Shown here: positions 1 to 11,800 of the stretch, piece by piece
Layout of the letters: the number at the start of each line of letters is the position of its first letter
Numbering within the stretch: the first letter of the stretch is position 1
From: Macrostomum lignano
Taxonomy: Eukaryota
Assembly: GCA_002269645.1 (NCBI GenBank)
Contig: NIVC01003402.1
Span: forward strand, 1-38,561
Length of the DNA stretch: 38,561 bases
Reading direction: 5' to 3'
Made by a program: the position numbers and the translations under genes
Notes under the pieces: generated by a model
What the model saw: only the letters and a program-made list of their open reading frames with translations
Databases searched by the model: none
Told to the model about the DNA's origin: nothing

Positions 1-48
1 TTTAAGGATAGCCAAGCATCATTACTTAAACTGGAGCAGTTTCTCAAA

Positions 49-1096
49 TTGCATTTCCAAAAGAGAAAATCAAAATCGGTTCTACGATTCAAGAGTGCGA
101 TCCGCGCTGCAACTTATTCCGATGGCGTCGACGCTAAGTGGATCGTGTTCGGCTGTCCGCTGGAAACGGGTATTGTTTCACCTGGAACCCAGAAACATTC
201 GGGGGAGCGGAATTGTTCGGGAGTGTGCACACCAATTGATAGGCAAGGAAGCGGTGTGCTTATTCTTGTGGTCAAACCGGGTGGGTTGCTGGTTCAGCGA
301 CCATCAGAATCAATCATTATTGTTATAAGAAAATTCAGCTCTGTTTAATCACTTCGGCACTGCGGCGGCTATTTGCGAGTATCGACGCTACAGTGAACCC
401 AATCTCAAATGCTTGTCTGCTTCTCTCAAGCCAATCGTCGCATTTACATTGAGGGAGATGTATGGACAGAAGAGACTACAGGATTGACTAAGCAGTGTGT
501 CTCGACCTCCAGTGGCGGAGTGACAACAATGACGCCGGCTGCTGGCTGCAAGCACCAAGCGGGACTAATTCAACCGTTTCGCCGAGCAGCGTACTGTCAC
601 GAAACGGCTCTGTCGCAAGCGCTGCAAAAAACCGCGTTCTGCGATGCGACTTCAACGAACGCAGAGGACGGTACGAATGGAGTACAAGTGTAGCTTGCTG
701 GTACAGGGACGACGAAGGTGCATTCACTGTTCTGCCTATTGACCGAGAGTACTGGTCCAACGGGATGCTGATGTACAAGTGCCTCCGAAGATCTGGTGCC
801 TATTTGTAAAACACTCGTGCGAACACAATGGCACTTGGCACGCCGCTATGGACACATGGCGCGACGCTAACTATAAGTACAGGTGTTGGCCGGCGTCAGG
901 CGAAAACAGTGCCAAGGTGCAGAAGACCCACTGCATCAGCGATGAAGGCACTCTGTTCACTGAATCGAAACAGATCAATGGTATCCAATACGTCTGTATG
1001 CAGATTTGCGGTTTCTGGGTCTTTATTAGACAGCCCACGCCTAAGCACTACCAGCTGCTGTTCAGCTTTATAACAACTGTCATGCAGTCAATATGA
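49..1096 (+). pseudogene. Multiply frameshifted remnant of a Cys/Trp-rich repeat protein (fibronectin type I / VWC-like modules)
   Basis: Overlapping + ORFs 49-348, 95-328, 409-693, 495-809 and 779-1096 join across several frame changes into recurring C-x(7-14)-W-x(4-8)-C units (VCFSQANRRIYIEGDVWTEETTGLTKQC; ACWYRDDEG...YWSNGMLMYKC; SCEHNGTWHAAMDTWRDANYKYRC). Family assignment is pattern-based only. Confidence 0.4.
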
Positions 1097-1740
1097 ACAT
1101 TATTAATAGCATTGGCTGATGGCTCCTGAGTTCGAGCACCTGTGAGATGCTCCTCGTGGCTGTCGGAAAATTTTCAAACCTTAGATCTCGATGCACTTTG
1201 ATTGATTTACTTTCGTAGAAGAAGACTACTTTTTTCTTTAGACGCAAAGGAATCTGTTCGTTTTTTTTCTCCATTAAAAAAATAAACTCTTGCGTATTGT
1301 GACACTATTCTAATAATTTTATTATAAAATATATAAACATAAGCCCTCATTTTTCAAACGAGAAAGTAAATGAAGTTTAAGCGTGTACCCGAGAAACCAA
1401 TAGGCCAGGTTGAAGTAGAAACAGTAGGCGAAATTCGGAAATTCGGCGAAATTCTATGCCAGCAGAACTGTATGCAGCTCAGAAAGAGAGAAAACAACTA
1501 TTACATATCCGACGCAGATTTCCATATTGAATGTCAATTCGCAATTACCTTAGCAAATTTGCTATTTTAGCTGCGAGAATGCAACAAATGTAAATTGGGA
1601 AAGTTTCTGACTGAAAAAAGGAGTTTAAGCTGCAAAAATTTCGCCGAGTGCTTTAAAGCAGACGTAAAGCGTGACATGTGCAAGTACCCGTACATTGGTG
1701 ATAGAGGTTACCACGGACGCTTCACCAATTAGAGCAATCC

Positions 1741-2210
1741 AGGCACACGAGATTCAAGAACACGGGCCAACTTTTTGTTGCCGCACCTTCGGACCGTCGA
1801 GATATTCAACAATTCTACCAGAAGGTCGGATTTTTCCTATAGGCGCAATCAATACTGCGCCTCCAGTCTCGCGGCACCACCTGCTGAAGGTGCCAACGGC
1901 GTCGTCTGGTTCGTGACTGAATTCTTGAGAGACCAACTGTGGATTTCCAGCAGTTTAGGCGTGCTCAACTGTCGAGGCTTGGTCAGAGACATCAGAGAAA
2001 TTCCCAACAGGTGTCCATAGTCGCCTGGGTCCTATACCTTCTTCTGACCTTCCTTCTCTTCAAACTTCTGGTAGAATCGTTGAATAACTCGACAATCCGG
2101 ATGGACTGGCCACTTGATTCTTGTTTGAGAAGGTGCTTGTGTTCTTGAAGTTCATGTGCCTGGGTTGCTCCGTTTCGGCGTAGCCAAAAATTTTCTGGGG
2201 ATACCAATCT
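1741..2210. repeat. Two inverted copies of a dispersed repeat (1741-1824 minus, 2065-2210 plus)
   Basis: Reverse complement of 1741-1824 aligns to 2065-2161 (CTTCTGGTAGAAT...GTGTTCTTGAA...GTGCCT); further copies at 19430-19605 and ~22460-22530. Confidence 0.7.
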
Positions 2211-2559
2211 TAGTAGTTCGACAGCGTGAAAAAATAATCTACAGATGACGCTTCGTTCAGAAAAGAGCAATGATTGACAAAATACTTGAATTCGTTTAAA
2301 CTTTTCTAAGAAATATCTCAACGTCATGTCTAATAGTCCTATTGCTAGTGAGCTTTCAGCTGCTCATATCGGCGGCAAGGGCTTTGCATACCAACAGATT
2401 TTTACTTCTTGCGCAGCTACTGGTCTGTCTCCTTCCTTCCACTTTGCTCTCTTATCGCATTATAATAAGATATAATGAATTCGATTTAGCATATAGCTAT
2501 CGCACTCAAAACAGTCCGACTGAAAAACGACAAGGTTTTGCTACCTGCCTCGCCAAAGC

Positions 2560-5500
2560 ATGCAGCATTCACAGAAAAGGTGAGAATTAATTATTGGGAT
2601 AACTGTAACAACTATTATAGTTTTTGCACAGTGAGATGAATCATAAATCTAAGTACACTCGTACTTATCAACCAAAATACACTGGTCTCACAATTTTATC
2701 CACTTTGATATTGGCATTGGCTCTTCCAGTGCATTTTTTACATTCAGAAACAGGCAAAAATGCCACCTCGTGCATATTGTACATAGTCAAAGAGAACTTC
2801 TCATTCAAAATTTAACCCCCATGAGTTACACAACCTACGCCGCGAACTCAAAAGGTCAAAAACTCAAACTAAAATCACAATTAATAGCAACAGTCTATTC
2901 AATTTAACTTCGCACAGGCATAACTTTATTTATCGTCAGGAATGTACACTTCACTGTGCCTTGGGGGTTGGCCCTCAAGCTAGGAGTTAATTGCACGAGC
3001 AGAGCCAAGCTGAGATTCCAATTTAGCCCCAAATTAATGCATCTGCAATTGAAATCGAGCCCGGGCCGCTGGAACATTTACTTAGCAACATCGAAAAGTC
3101 GCCATCATAGAAGATTCCGTCTGTGGTCGCTACTTTTGACAGTGCAAGTAAAGCTCTATGCGAGTCTCAACATCTTTGCGAGACGCGCAACGGCAGTTAG
3201 CCCAGTAGCAGTGACGACTTAGCTACGCAAGCGGCAGACTTGAGTTGAGGAGTTGAGGAATAAAGGGGGGAGCGGTGTACGAGGGCTGGGCGGATTAAAG
3301 CTACCCCGATCAATTTTCTTGTATCTTATATTTTACGAGCTAGAACTTGGTCCAAGAGAAATTGCTCACTGGCGCATAGAGTATCGACTTTTCAATGTGG
3401 CTGAGTATAAGAGCGCGCTAGACCAATAGGCTTCGCCCCATGAAATGGTTTGAAAATACAAGCGTACAATAATAGCTTCTCTATGGTTTAGATCATTAGC
3501 TTTGCAAGACAACATTTGACGAAATACTCTGGAGAGAAATAGAATAGCAAAAATTCATTGCTTGTACGAGTTGTAGGAGTGAATTGTTATCAATAACTAA
3601 GAAACTTTCAAAAATACTCGTACGCCTGTTTTTGTCATCCCACTACTAGCAACAATCACAATCCCAATCTCAACAGCAGGCTCCTGTTCGGCCTTCTCGC
3701 AGTCTTCCTCGCAACGCTGATTGTGCTGGTAATTGTCTTCGCCGCGCTGTTCGCTCGGTGCAGCGGCAGCCATAGCGGTGGAGGCGGCGACAAGGGGACA
3801 GGTAAGATGCTCTTAGTCTGAGTTGTCAATCAATACAATCCTAGAGAGCATACCACCGGTACTTAAAAAACGTTGCTCTTGCATACGAACGTAGTTTCTG
3901 CTACTGACAATACTCCTATATCTTTCTGTCCACCTATCTGTTAACCAACACGTGTAACGTGGATCACAGAAACACCCGAATGGCGAAGAAACTGCGTCTC
4001 CGACTCCGGCACTGACATCTATCAGTACAATGCCGTCTCGTCAGACTCCGCAGTGTGCAGCACCATAGGAGATCACGTGCTCAATGTACTCGCGGAAACG
4101 CCATGGACGCCGGAGTGGCCACGGTGCTGTGCGTCGGCGTCTCCAACTTCCACAGCGCAGGAATCGGCGGAGGCTCCTTTCTAGTTTACTACAACCGGTA
4201 GGCGCAGTTCTGTTTGTTTTACCATAATCAGTGACGGCCTATACTCGTAGAAAGTAAAGTCGTTTCCATTTCTTAATGAACACTACTCTAGCATGAGCAG
4301 TTATGCAGTCTAGCAGTCTAACATGCATATAGAAGGTTAGGGTCTTGTTTTACTCCAGACGCAAAGGCGGCATCATAGTAGGGTATGTTATTTATAGGGC
4401 AGGTTACAAAGGGGGTTGTAGCCTAGTGGTTAGAGCGTCGGACTCACGACTTGAAGGTCTAGGGTTCGATTTTTGATCCCACAAGAACAATTTGTGTCCT
4501 TGAGCAAGACACTTAACTCTGCATTGCTTCAGTTCACCCAGCTGTAAAATGGGTGCCAGCATTAGCTGGGGTAATTGAGGGTGTGCGTGGCGACCCCCAG
4601 TCCTTGAACTGAACAGCCGTACGCAGCCTTCAGATGCGCCGAGCAATAGCTGCGGCTGAGCTGTCGGTTGCACATCTGCACCAATTGAGGCAGGTGTAAT
4701 GAAAAAAATCAGAATATTGTTTATAAATCCAAAATGAAGTATGTATTTAAACTGGTTATTAAAACATATTTCTACAAACCTGTCTCTTGCTGCATAAGAC
4801 TAAGGGGTTATACAGCGGGTTTTAGAGGAACAATAAAAAACTGACATGCCAAGCTCGCGTGCCAAACTTAAAACAGCACCTCCAAGACAGCCACTGCGTT
4901 TGACTTCCGCGAATCGGCGCCTGCCGCCGCGTACCGCGACATGTACAACAGCACCTCCGGCCTGCCGTCGAACGCTTCCCTCTACGGCGGTCTGGCGATC
5001 GGCGTGCCCGGCGAGGTCGCCGGTCTGGCAGCGGCTCACGCGGCGCACGGCCGCCTTCCGTGGCGCTCCGTGGTCGAGCCGGTCTCGCGAGTGCTTCGCG
5101 AGGGCCAGCGCGTGTCTCGCCCGCTGGCCGATGCCATCGCGACAGTTTACCCGCGAGTGCCGGATGTGGCTCCATTTAAGGTGCTGAAGAACTGGATGGT
5201 CAATCCTAACACCAATAAACCGTACCGTGCCGGTGAGTTGCTGGTGGACCACGCAATGGCCAGTACAATGGACAAGATTGCAAGCGATCCGCAATCATTC
5301 TACAACGGGAGCCTCGCTGATGACATCCTGCAGGAGGTGCGGGCGGCTGGAGGCAACATTACCAAGGATGACCTTATGGTAAAAATTAAACATGAGCGTA
5401 TTAAAAATTTAATTAACCTAATATATGGCAATAGAGACCTCTGCAATACAGTACAAAAGCAAACGATGATAAGTTAATAATTTCCATCTTCAACCTAAAC

Positions 5501-7953
5501 TGGTTTATTTTTTTCCATTCTCTATCATTCCTACATTATCACATATTTCAGAAGTACCAAACTAGGCGACTCACGCCGCTCACGGCGACCTTGCCATCGA
5601 AGGGCCTGACGCTCTACTCGCTGCCTCCTCCGAGTAGCGGAGCCGTCCTTTCTCTCATCCTCAGCATCATGGACGGCTACGCTGGAGATTCAGCAAAGGC
5701 GAGGTCGACGAAAGACGGCTACGTCAACTTTCTCCACCGTCTCGTCGAGTCGTTCAAGTTCGCTTACGCGAAGCGCTCCGGTCTGGGCGACGCAGCATTC
5801 GTGGACGTGACCGAGCTGGTGGCCAACATGACGAGCAGCAGCTACGCGTCGGAGCTTCGCAGTCGCATCACCGACGACGCCACGCACGATATCAACTACT
5901 ATGGACCAATGTTCGAGTGGAAAGAGGACTCTGGCACGACTCACGTGTCTCTTGTGGACTCTGACGGCAACGCAGTTGCTGTGACTTCAACTATTAATAC
6001 ATAGTAAGCGACGACTCAATTGCTGTTGACTCTATAGGAACACTATTGGACAGCTTTTAAAAGATTTTACAGAAGGTTAGCCACGAAACTTGGTTCAATT
6101 GATTCACAAGCTAGTTTTTTCACGCTACCGAACATGTCTTGCTGTCACGCACACCTGGCATCCAACTTATTTGATTCAGCTCCTAGTAATAGAAAAATCA
6201 GGACCGAATAGAAAAAAGCGTCTTATTTCAAAGAGAAATCATACCGCTTGAAAAGTTTTGAAAGACATTTGTTACTATCCACAGTTTCGGTTCATTAGTT
6301 CGCGGCGAAAAGACCGGCATAGTGTACAACAACGAGATGGACGACTTTTCACAGCCTAACAGGACCAATTATTACGGTCTGCCTCCGTCGCCCACCAACT
6401 TTATTGCGGCGAACAAGCGCCCGATGTCTTCAATGGCGCCGGTGATCGTCGTTAACGCCGATGGTCACGTCCAGTTTGTCAGCGGCGCTTCTGGCGGCTC
6501 GCGCATCACCACGGCTGTCGCTTACACGCTGGCCAGACAGCTGTACCTGAATGAGACGGTCAAGGCGGCTGTGGATTCCTACCGACTGCATCACCAGCTG
6601 CTGCCGAATGTGCTCAACTACAATCCAGCCAAGTGCGATCCCCCTGAGGTAAGTCCGTGTTTGAAGACTCCGATTTTATGTTGGGGGGAGGCAAAGCCCA
6701 AGAACTAACAACTAACTAACGATACTTATTACGTGTAGAACAACCAAGTTCCCAAATAGTTTTGGGGCGCCCCATGAACTAAATTTGGTGCTACTACTTG
6801 AAGTAATAAACACAACCTCGTAATCCATTATGATGGAGAGACAGTCAGCTTTTTCAGGTTTTGGTTCACCAAAAAAGTTACTGGAGAAATATCCCACAGT
6901 CTCATGTTTTATTCCCCGATTCTGTCTTTCACATGAATATATAATTATTTGTGCAACACAGAACATTTTAACAAACAGATATCTGTTTTAGTTTGATTTC
7001 TGGCGTAAAATTTATTCAAATAGCAGAGATGGGGACAATTTTTTTGTCCATCTAATTAAAACATAAGGCGAAGTCTTTCACATAAATGACGGATTGTTAC
7101 GAGCTCGTAAGATTTCGTCAAATCTGGAAGAATCTCGTAAGATCTCGTAAGATCTCCTAGGATCTCGTAAGATTTAGTAAGATCCAGTAGGATCTCATAA
7201 GATGTCTTAGGATTTTGTAAGATCTCATAAGAGATCTCGTAAGATCTCATCAGATCTCTTAAGATCTCTTAGAATCTCGTAAGATCTATTCAGATCTCGT
7301 AAGATCTCATAAGATTTCGTAAGATCTCTTAGAATCTCGTAAAATATCATAGGATCGCGTCAGATCTCGTAAGGTCTCGTAATATCTCGTAATATCTCAT
7401 AAGATCTCATAAGATCTCGAAAGGTCTCGTGGGATCCCGTAGTATCTCGTAGGATCTCTTATAGTATCTCGTAAGATCTCGTAGGATATCTTTTAGTATC
7501 TCGTAAGATCTCGTAGGATATCTTGTAGTATCTCGTAAGATCTCGTAGGATATCTTGTAGTATCTCGTAAGATCTCGTAGGATATCTTGTAGTATCTCGT
7601 AAGATCTCGTAGGATATCTTGTAGTATCTCGTAAAGTCTCGTAGGATCTCGTAAACTTAGCTTAGGTTGTAAGTTAACTTTCTAAGGACTAATTTGCTCG
7701 CAAACCATGTTAAATTATTTCAACGTGCATGGTTTTACAAGAAACTGTAGATTTCGACGTGTTTCACTGAATTAAATCCTATCAAATGAATTGAATTTTG
7801 TTGCAGAGTATCAAGCAGCGGCTACGCCAAAAAGGTCACAAGGTGCAGCCGTTCAGTTCCACCAGCGTGGTCGAAGGGATTCAGCGACTGTCAGGCGGCC
7901 AGCTGCAAGCCAACGCTGACTTTCGCAAGCCGTCAAAGACCGGCGGTTTCTGA
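2560..7953 (+). CDS. GGT: Gamma-glutamyltransferase paralog 1 (type II membrane GGT); 1-nt deletion in exon 3, possible pseudogene
   Basis: Exons 2560-2579 (MQHSQK), 3677-3801 (TM: LLFGLLAVFLATLIVLVIVFAALF), 3970-4197, 4877-5378, 5552-6003, 6285-6648, 7807-7953 with GT-AG sites. Motifs GNAMDA, GIGGGSF, DFRE, GVPGE, catalytic TTHVS, NNEMDDFS, PMSSM, GGSRI, DFRK. Exon 3 is 228 nt versus 229 in GGT-2 and GGT-4. Confidence 0.9.
2911..3072 (-). mobile_element. Truncated, diverged copy of tRNA-derived SINE family A in GGT-1 intron 1
   Basis: Aligns to 15035-15185 and 21363-21515 (TAACTTTATT...GCACGAGCAGAGCCAAGC...CCCCAAATTAATG). Confidence 0.8.
4411..4708 (+). mobile_element. tRNA-derived CORE-type SINE in GGT-1 intron 3
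   Basis: A box TAGCCTAGTGG (4419-4429), B box GGTTCGAT (4463-4470), CORE-like TGTGTCCTTGAGCAAGACACTTAAC...CAGCTGTAAAATGGG (4493-4553), A-rich tail at 4702-4708. Confidence 0.75.
7104..7654. repeat. Degenerate 10-bp minisatellite (TAAGATCTCG)n ending in five 32-bp higher-order units, in GGT-1 intron 6
   Basis: Direct inspection; the 32-bp unit TAGTATCTCGTAAGATCTCGTAGGATATCTTG repeats five times at 7462-7621. Confidence 0.95.
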
Positions 7954-8292
7954 TCCGATGGCATGATTTGCAATTTAGTTTCAACTTCTGCTTGGTAATC
8001 TTTAAAGACAGCGAAACAGACAACTTAAAGTGCATATGGTGCATACATGTATTTGTACGTGTATTTTCAATTTGACTTGAATACACTTTACATTTCTAGA
8101 AGGTCCATTCTGTCTGAATATTTATTGAAACAGAATACGCTTAACTACAATAATATAAATCTCTAGTATATAGCATGCCAAACTCTAGAGAGTTTGCATC
8201 GAAAATTTCATAGTGTATAGTACATACGTTCTAATTGATTATTTTATCTTGCATCTAAGGTAAACAGGGGCAGGGTCGTCCTTGTTCACAAC

Positions 8293-8548
8293 TGTTAAAG
8301 AAATAATCAAGTCTAATAAATCTGAGGGTTGGACTTTAACAAAAAAACAGGTAAATGAGCCCTGTGGCTAAATTATTGCTTATATTTTAAATTAAATCGA
8401 TGTTCTCTCTCTCCAACTCTCTGACTCAACAACGCCTCACGCACATCAACCCCACCCCAACACACTCTGAGACGGGGACCGCCAAGTGTACACTGGCGAC
8501 GCTACACATAGCAGAGGGTCGGTACGCAGGCACTCCAAATCCAATACA
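8293..8548 (-). repeat. 3' LTR of the BEL/Pao element
   Basis: TGTTAAAG...CCAATACA, apparently identical to 14432-14687. Confidence 0.97.
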
Positions 8549-8559
8549 CTCCCCCTAAT
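8549..8559 (-). other. Polypurine tract
   Basis: Minus strand ATTAGGGGGAG immediately precedes the 3' LTR. Confidence 0.85.
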
Positions 8560-8899
8560 GATGCTTCATCATTACAGTACTTAACATTGATATTCGAAAA
8601 AGAAACTCGCTATTAACTTAAATGAAATCAAACGAAACGAATAGCAAAAAACAAACGAACAACAAAAAACGCTCCAACATTACAACAGACTTGATGACTA
8701 AAAATGTGACACACCATCACCAGAGTACTGAGTTAACGAAAAAGTAGGAACAAAGGGAAAACGAAACTCAAAAAAATCCAATCAGCGCTAAGGAGCTCAA
8801 AAGGTAAGATTGAAAGGGAGTGAAAATTACTGCGAACTAAAACTAAACAGAAACTCGAAACAACGATTAGAACAGTCATTGAAAGTCAGTTACTTAAGT

Positions 8900-11800
8900 T
8901 CATTCAGTCACAGCTTCCAGCAAAATCAGGTTCTCCACCGGTCGGCGAATCAAGCATCTCCTGGGACCGCGGCCAGGTCTGGGCGCGACTCGAACCGTTG
9001 CAGATCTCACCGCCCCGTCTCGGCCAGGATGCACCGACTTGATGACACCGGTACACCAGGTAAGCCTCGGCTGCCCGGCCTCACCTTTCACCAGGACGAT
9101 GTCGCCGGCCGTAGCTTCTCGAGTTACGCCATGCTTGGGACTTAGATTATGTTCTCGCAGGCTGGTCAGATACTGTCGCTCCCAGCAGTCCCAGAAGGCT
9201 TGCAGTCTGGCGCGCATTCGCCTCAGCAGTGTTGGCAACGGCAGCAGGAGCTCGGGCGTACCGCTAGAAGTTGGCTCCGCTGTCAGCCGTTGCAGGACCA
9301 GAAAGTGCGCCGGCGTCAGGACTTCTCCGTTGGTTTCGGCATCCACGTAGAGTAGAGGCCGACTGTTGAGCACCGCTTCCACCTCCATTAGCACTGTCCG
9401 CAGTTCGTCCAGCGTCAGGGTTGCGTTGAGGATGGTCTTGCGCAAAGCCAGCTTGATGTCCCTCATCAGTCGCTCCCAGAAGCCTCCTTGCCACGGTGCG
9501 CGTTCGACGATGAATTGCCAGGTGATTTTCCTGGTGGCGCAGAAGTCTTGAACTTGTCGACTCTCCGACGCCTGAAGTATTTTGGCAGCCTTGGTGAATG
9601 TCTTGGCGTTGTCACTGATGAGATTGGGAATTCCTCTCGAGCACAGAACCGTCGGAGGGCTCGCAGGAAGGTCTCGGTCGTCAAGTCGCTCACCAGTTCC
9701 AGGTGAAGGGCTCGCGTGGCCGCACAGGTGAAAACCAGGATATAGCCTTTCTCGATCTCTGTGTCCTCCATCAGTTTGACAGGTCCGCAGTAGTCGAGTC
9801 CGCACCACTCAAAGGCTCTCCCAGACTTCACGCGTGCTTCAGGTAAGGCTGGGATTTGCTTCACTGCATATGGTAGTCCTTGAAGACGTCTGCAGACAAA
9901 GCAACTTCTCAGGATCGACTTGACTCGCTGTCTTCCTCTGATTAGCCAGAATCTCTCTCGCAGCTTACAAAGAGTGCTGGGCACTCCCCCGTGCAGAACC
10001 TTGGCGTGAGCGTCCCAGATGAGAAGAAGCTCCAGGTGTGACTTGCTCGGGATCAGAATCGGACAGTCAACCTCGGCAGAGGCGTTGGACTCCTTCAATC
10101 GACCTTGGCTTCGGAGAATACTCTTGTTGTCGAGAAAAAGATTCAACTGCCTGCTGAGATCTGTACTGGCCGCTGACTCCTGAATGTGAGCAATTTCGGC
10201 TTGAAAACTCCGTTTCTGCACTTCTCGCAGCCAGCGCTCTTCAGCTTCAAGGACTTCTGCTGCAGCCAGTGGTCCCACTCGCTCCTCCCCCGCTGCAGAA
10301 GTTCTAGCTTGCAGGTTTCTGACGAAGCGTAGGACATAGGCTGTCACCCGAATCAGCTTGATCCAGGATGAGAAGTTCGTGTCATTGAGAACTTCCTGTA
10401 GACTGATGTCAGGACCGGCTTCAGTTAGCAGAACAACTGGACGGTTCGCTTGTGTCTTCTGCTCCTCGGCAACTGCCGCTGTCGGTAAGCTGAGAAAGGA
10501 TTGGTCGGGCCAATCGTCAGGAGGTCGTGCCAGCCAGTCTGGACCGTGCCACCAGCTGTCGTCCGCCTTCAACTTGCTCGCTGATGTTCCTCGAGATGCA
10601 ACGTCCGCCGGATTCTCCTCGCCTGGGACATGTCTCCAGGCATCCTCTGGCACCAGGCGGCGGATCTCCGTCACCCGATTATGAACAAAGAGCTTCCAGG
10701 GTCTGTGCTGCCGGATCCAGTAGAGCGTGTCGGCACTGTCTGTCCAGCAAAACACCTGGCGAACCTGAGGATACTGACTCATGGATGATGTCAACAGTCT
10801 GGCGAGTATCAAGGCACCCAGGAGTTCGAGCCGAGGAATTGAAAGAACCGACAGTGGAGCCACTCTCGCCTTGGCGGCCACCAGGTTGCAGCTGACGGAA
10901 CCATCGGTGTACTGCACTCGCAGGTAAAGACACGCCGCATAGCATTTGATTGACGCATCACAGAACCCATGCAGCTGTATCTCCTCGACCTCCTTCGTCG
11001 CCGAAAGCACCAACCTTGGAACTTGAAATCGACCTGCCAGCATCTCCTGCAACCACTTCAGCCACTGCTGCTTAATCGGCTCCTTTAGCGGGCAGTCCCA
11101 AGCGATCTTTTCAACGCACAGGTTCTGGAACATCGATTTCGGCAACGTAAGCAGCGGAACCAGGAAGCCCAGAGGATCGTAGACACGGGCCAGCAGTTGT
11201 AGCACGACACGCTTGGAGGGCGACGCCTTGAGCAAATCTTCTGGCGGAGAAAACTGCAGCACGAACACGTCCGATCCTGTCTCCCATCGCAGCCCGAGGA
11301 CTTTTGACGATACGCCATCTTCGCCCAAGGAGGCGGCTGAATAGCTGGAGGGGTCCTCCGTGATGTCCTTTGTCACCGCCGACAACGCCGGAGCAAGAAC
11401 ATTACTGTCAAGTGTGCTGGCGCGAACCGCTTTCAATACATTCTTGCTGTTGGACTGCCAGTGTCGCAGATTCATTCCAGCCTGTTGGAATATGTGCCGG
11501 GATTTTTGGATGAGATCCAGGGCTTGCTGTTCATCCACGCACCCAGAGATCAGGTTGTCCACATAGATTTCTTTGGACACCTTATCCACGAACTCTGCAT
11601 GCTGGCCTCGGTGAGATGCCAAGTGGTGTTGAATGACAGTCTCCAGGACGGCAGGTGAGCAGGTGAGTCCGAACACCAGAGCAGCGTAGCGCAGAACAAC
11701 GAGAGGTGAATCAGCTTGACTGGGATCCCGTGGCCAGAGGAATCGTAGAGCATCGCGGTCGTCTTCTGCAATTCGGATCTGCAAAAAAGCCTTCTCAATA

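Noticed and set aside
4411-4484. tRNA gene (CAC-anticodon-like cloverleaf)
   Set aside because: Anticodon and acceptor stems pair poorly, the T-arm is degenerate, and it continues into a CORE domain and A tail: a SINE head, not a functional tRNA.
9620-9650. Programmed ribosomal frameshift in the BEL integrase
   Set aside because: No slippery heptamer; BEL/Pao normally encodes one ORF; restoring a single A gives the canonical RRGIP..ISDN motif.
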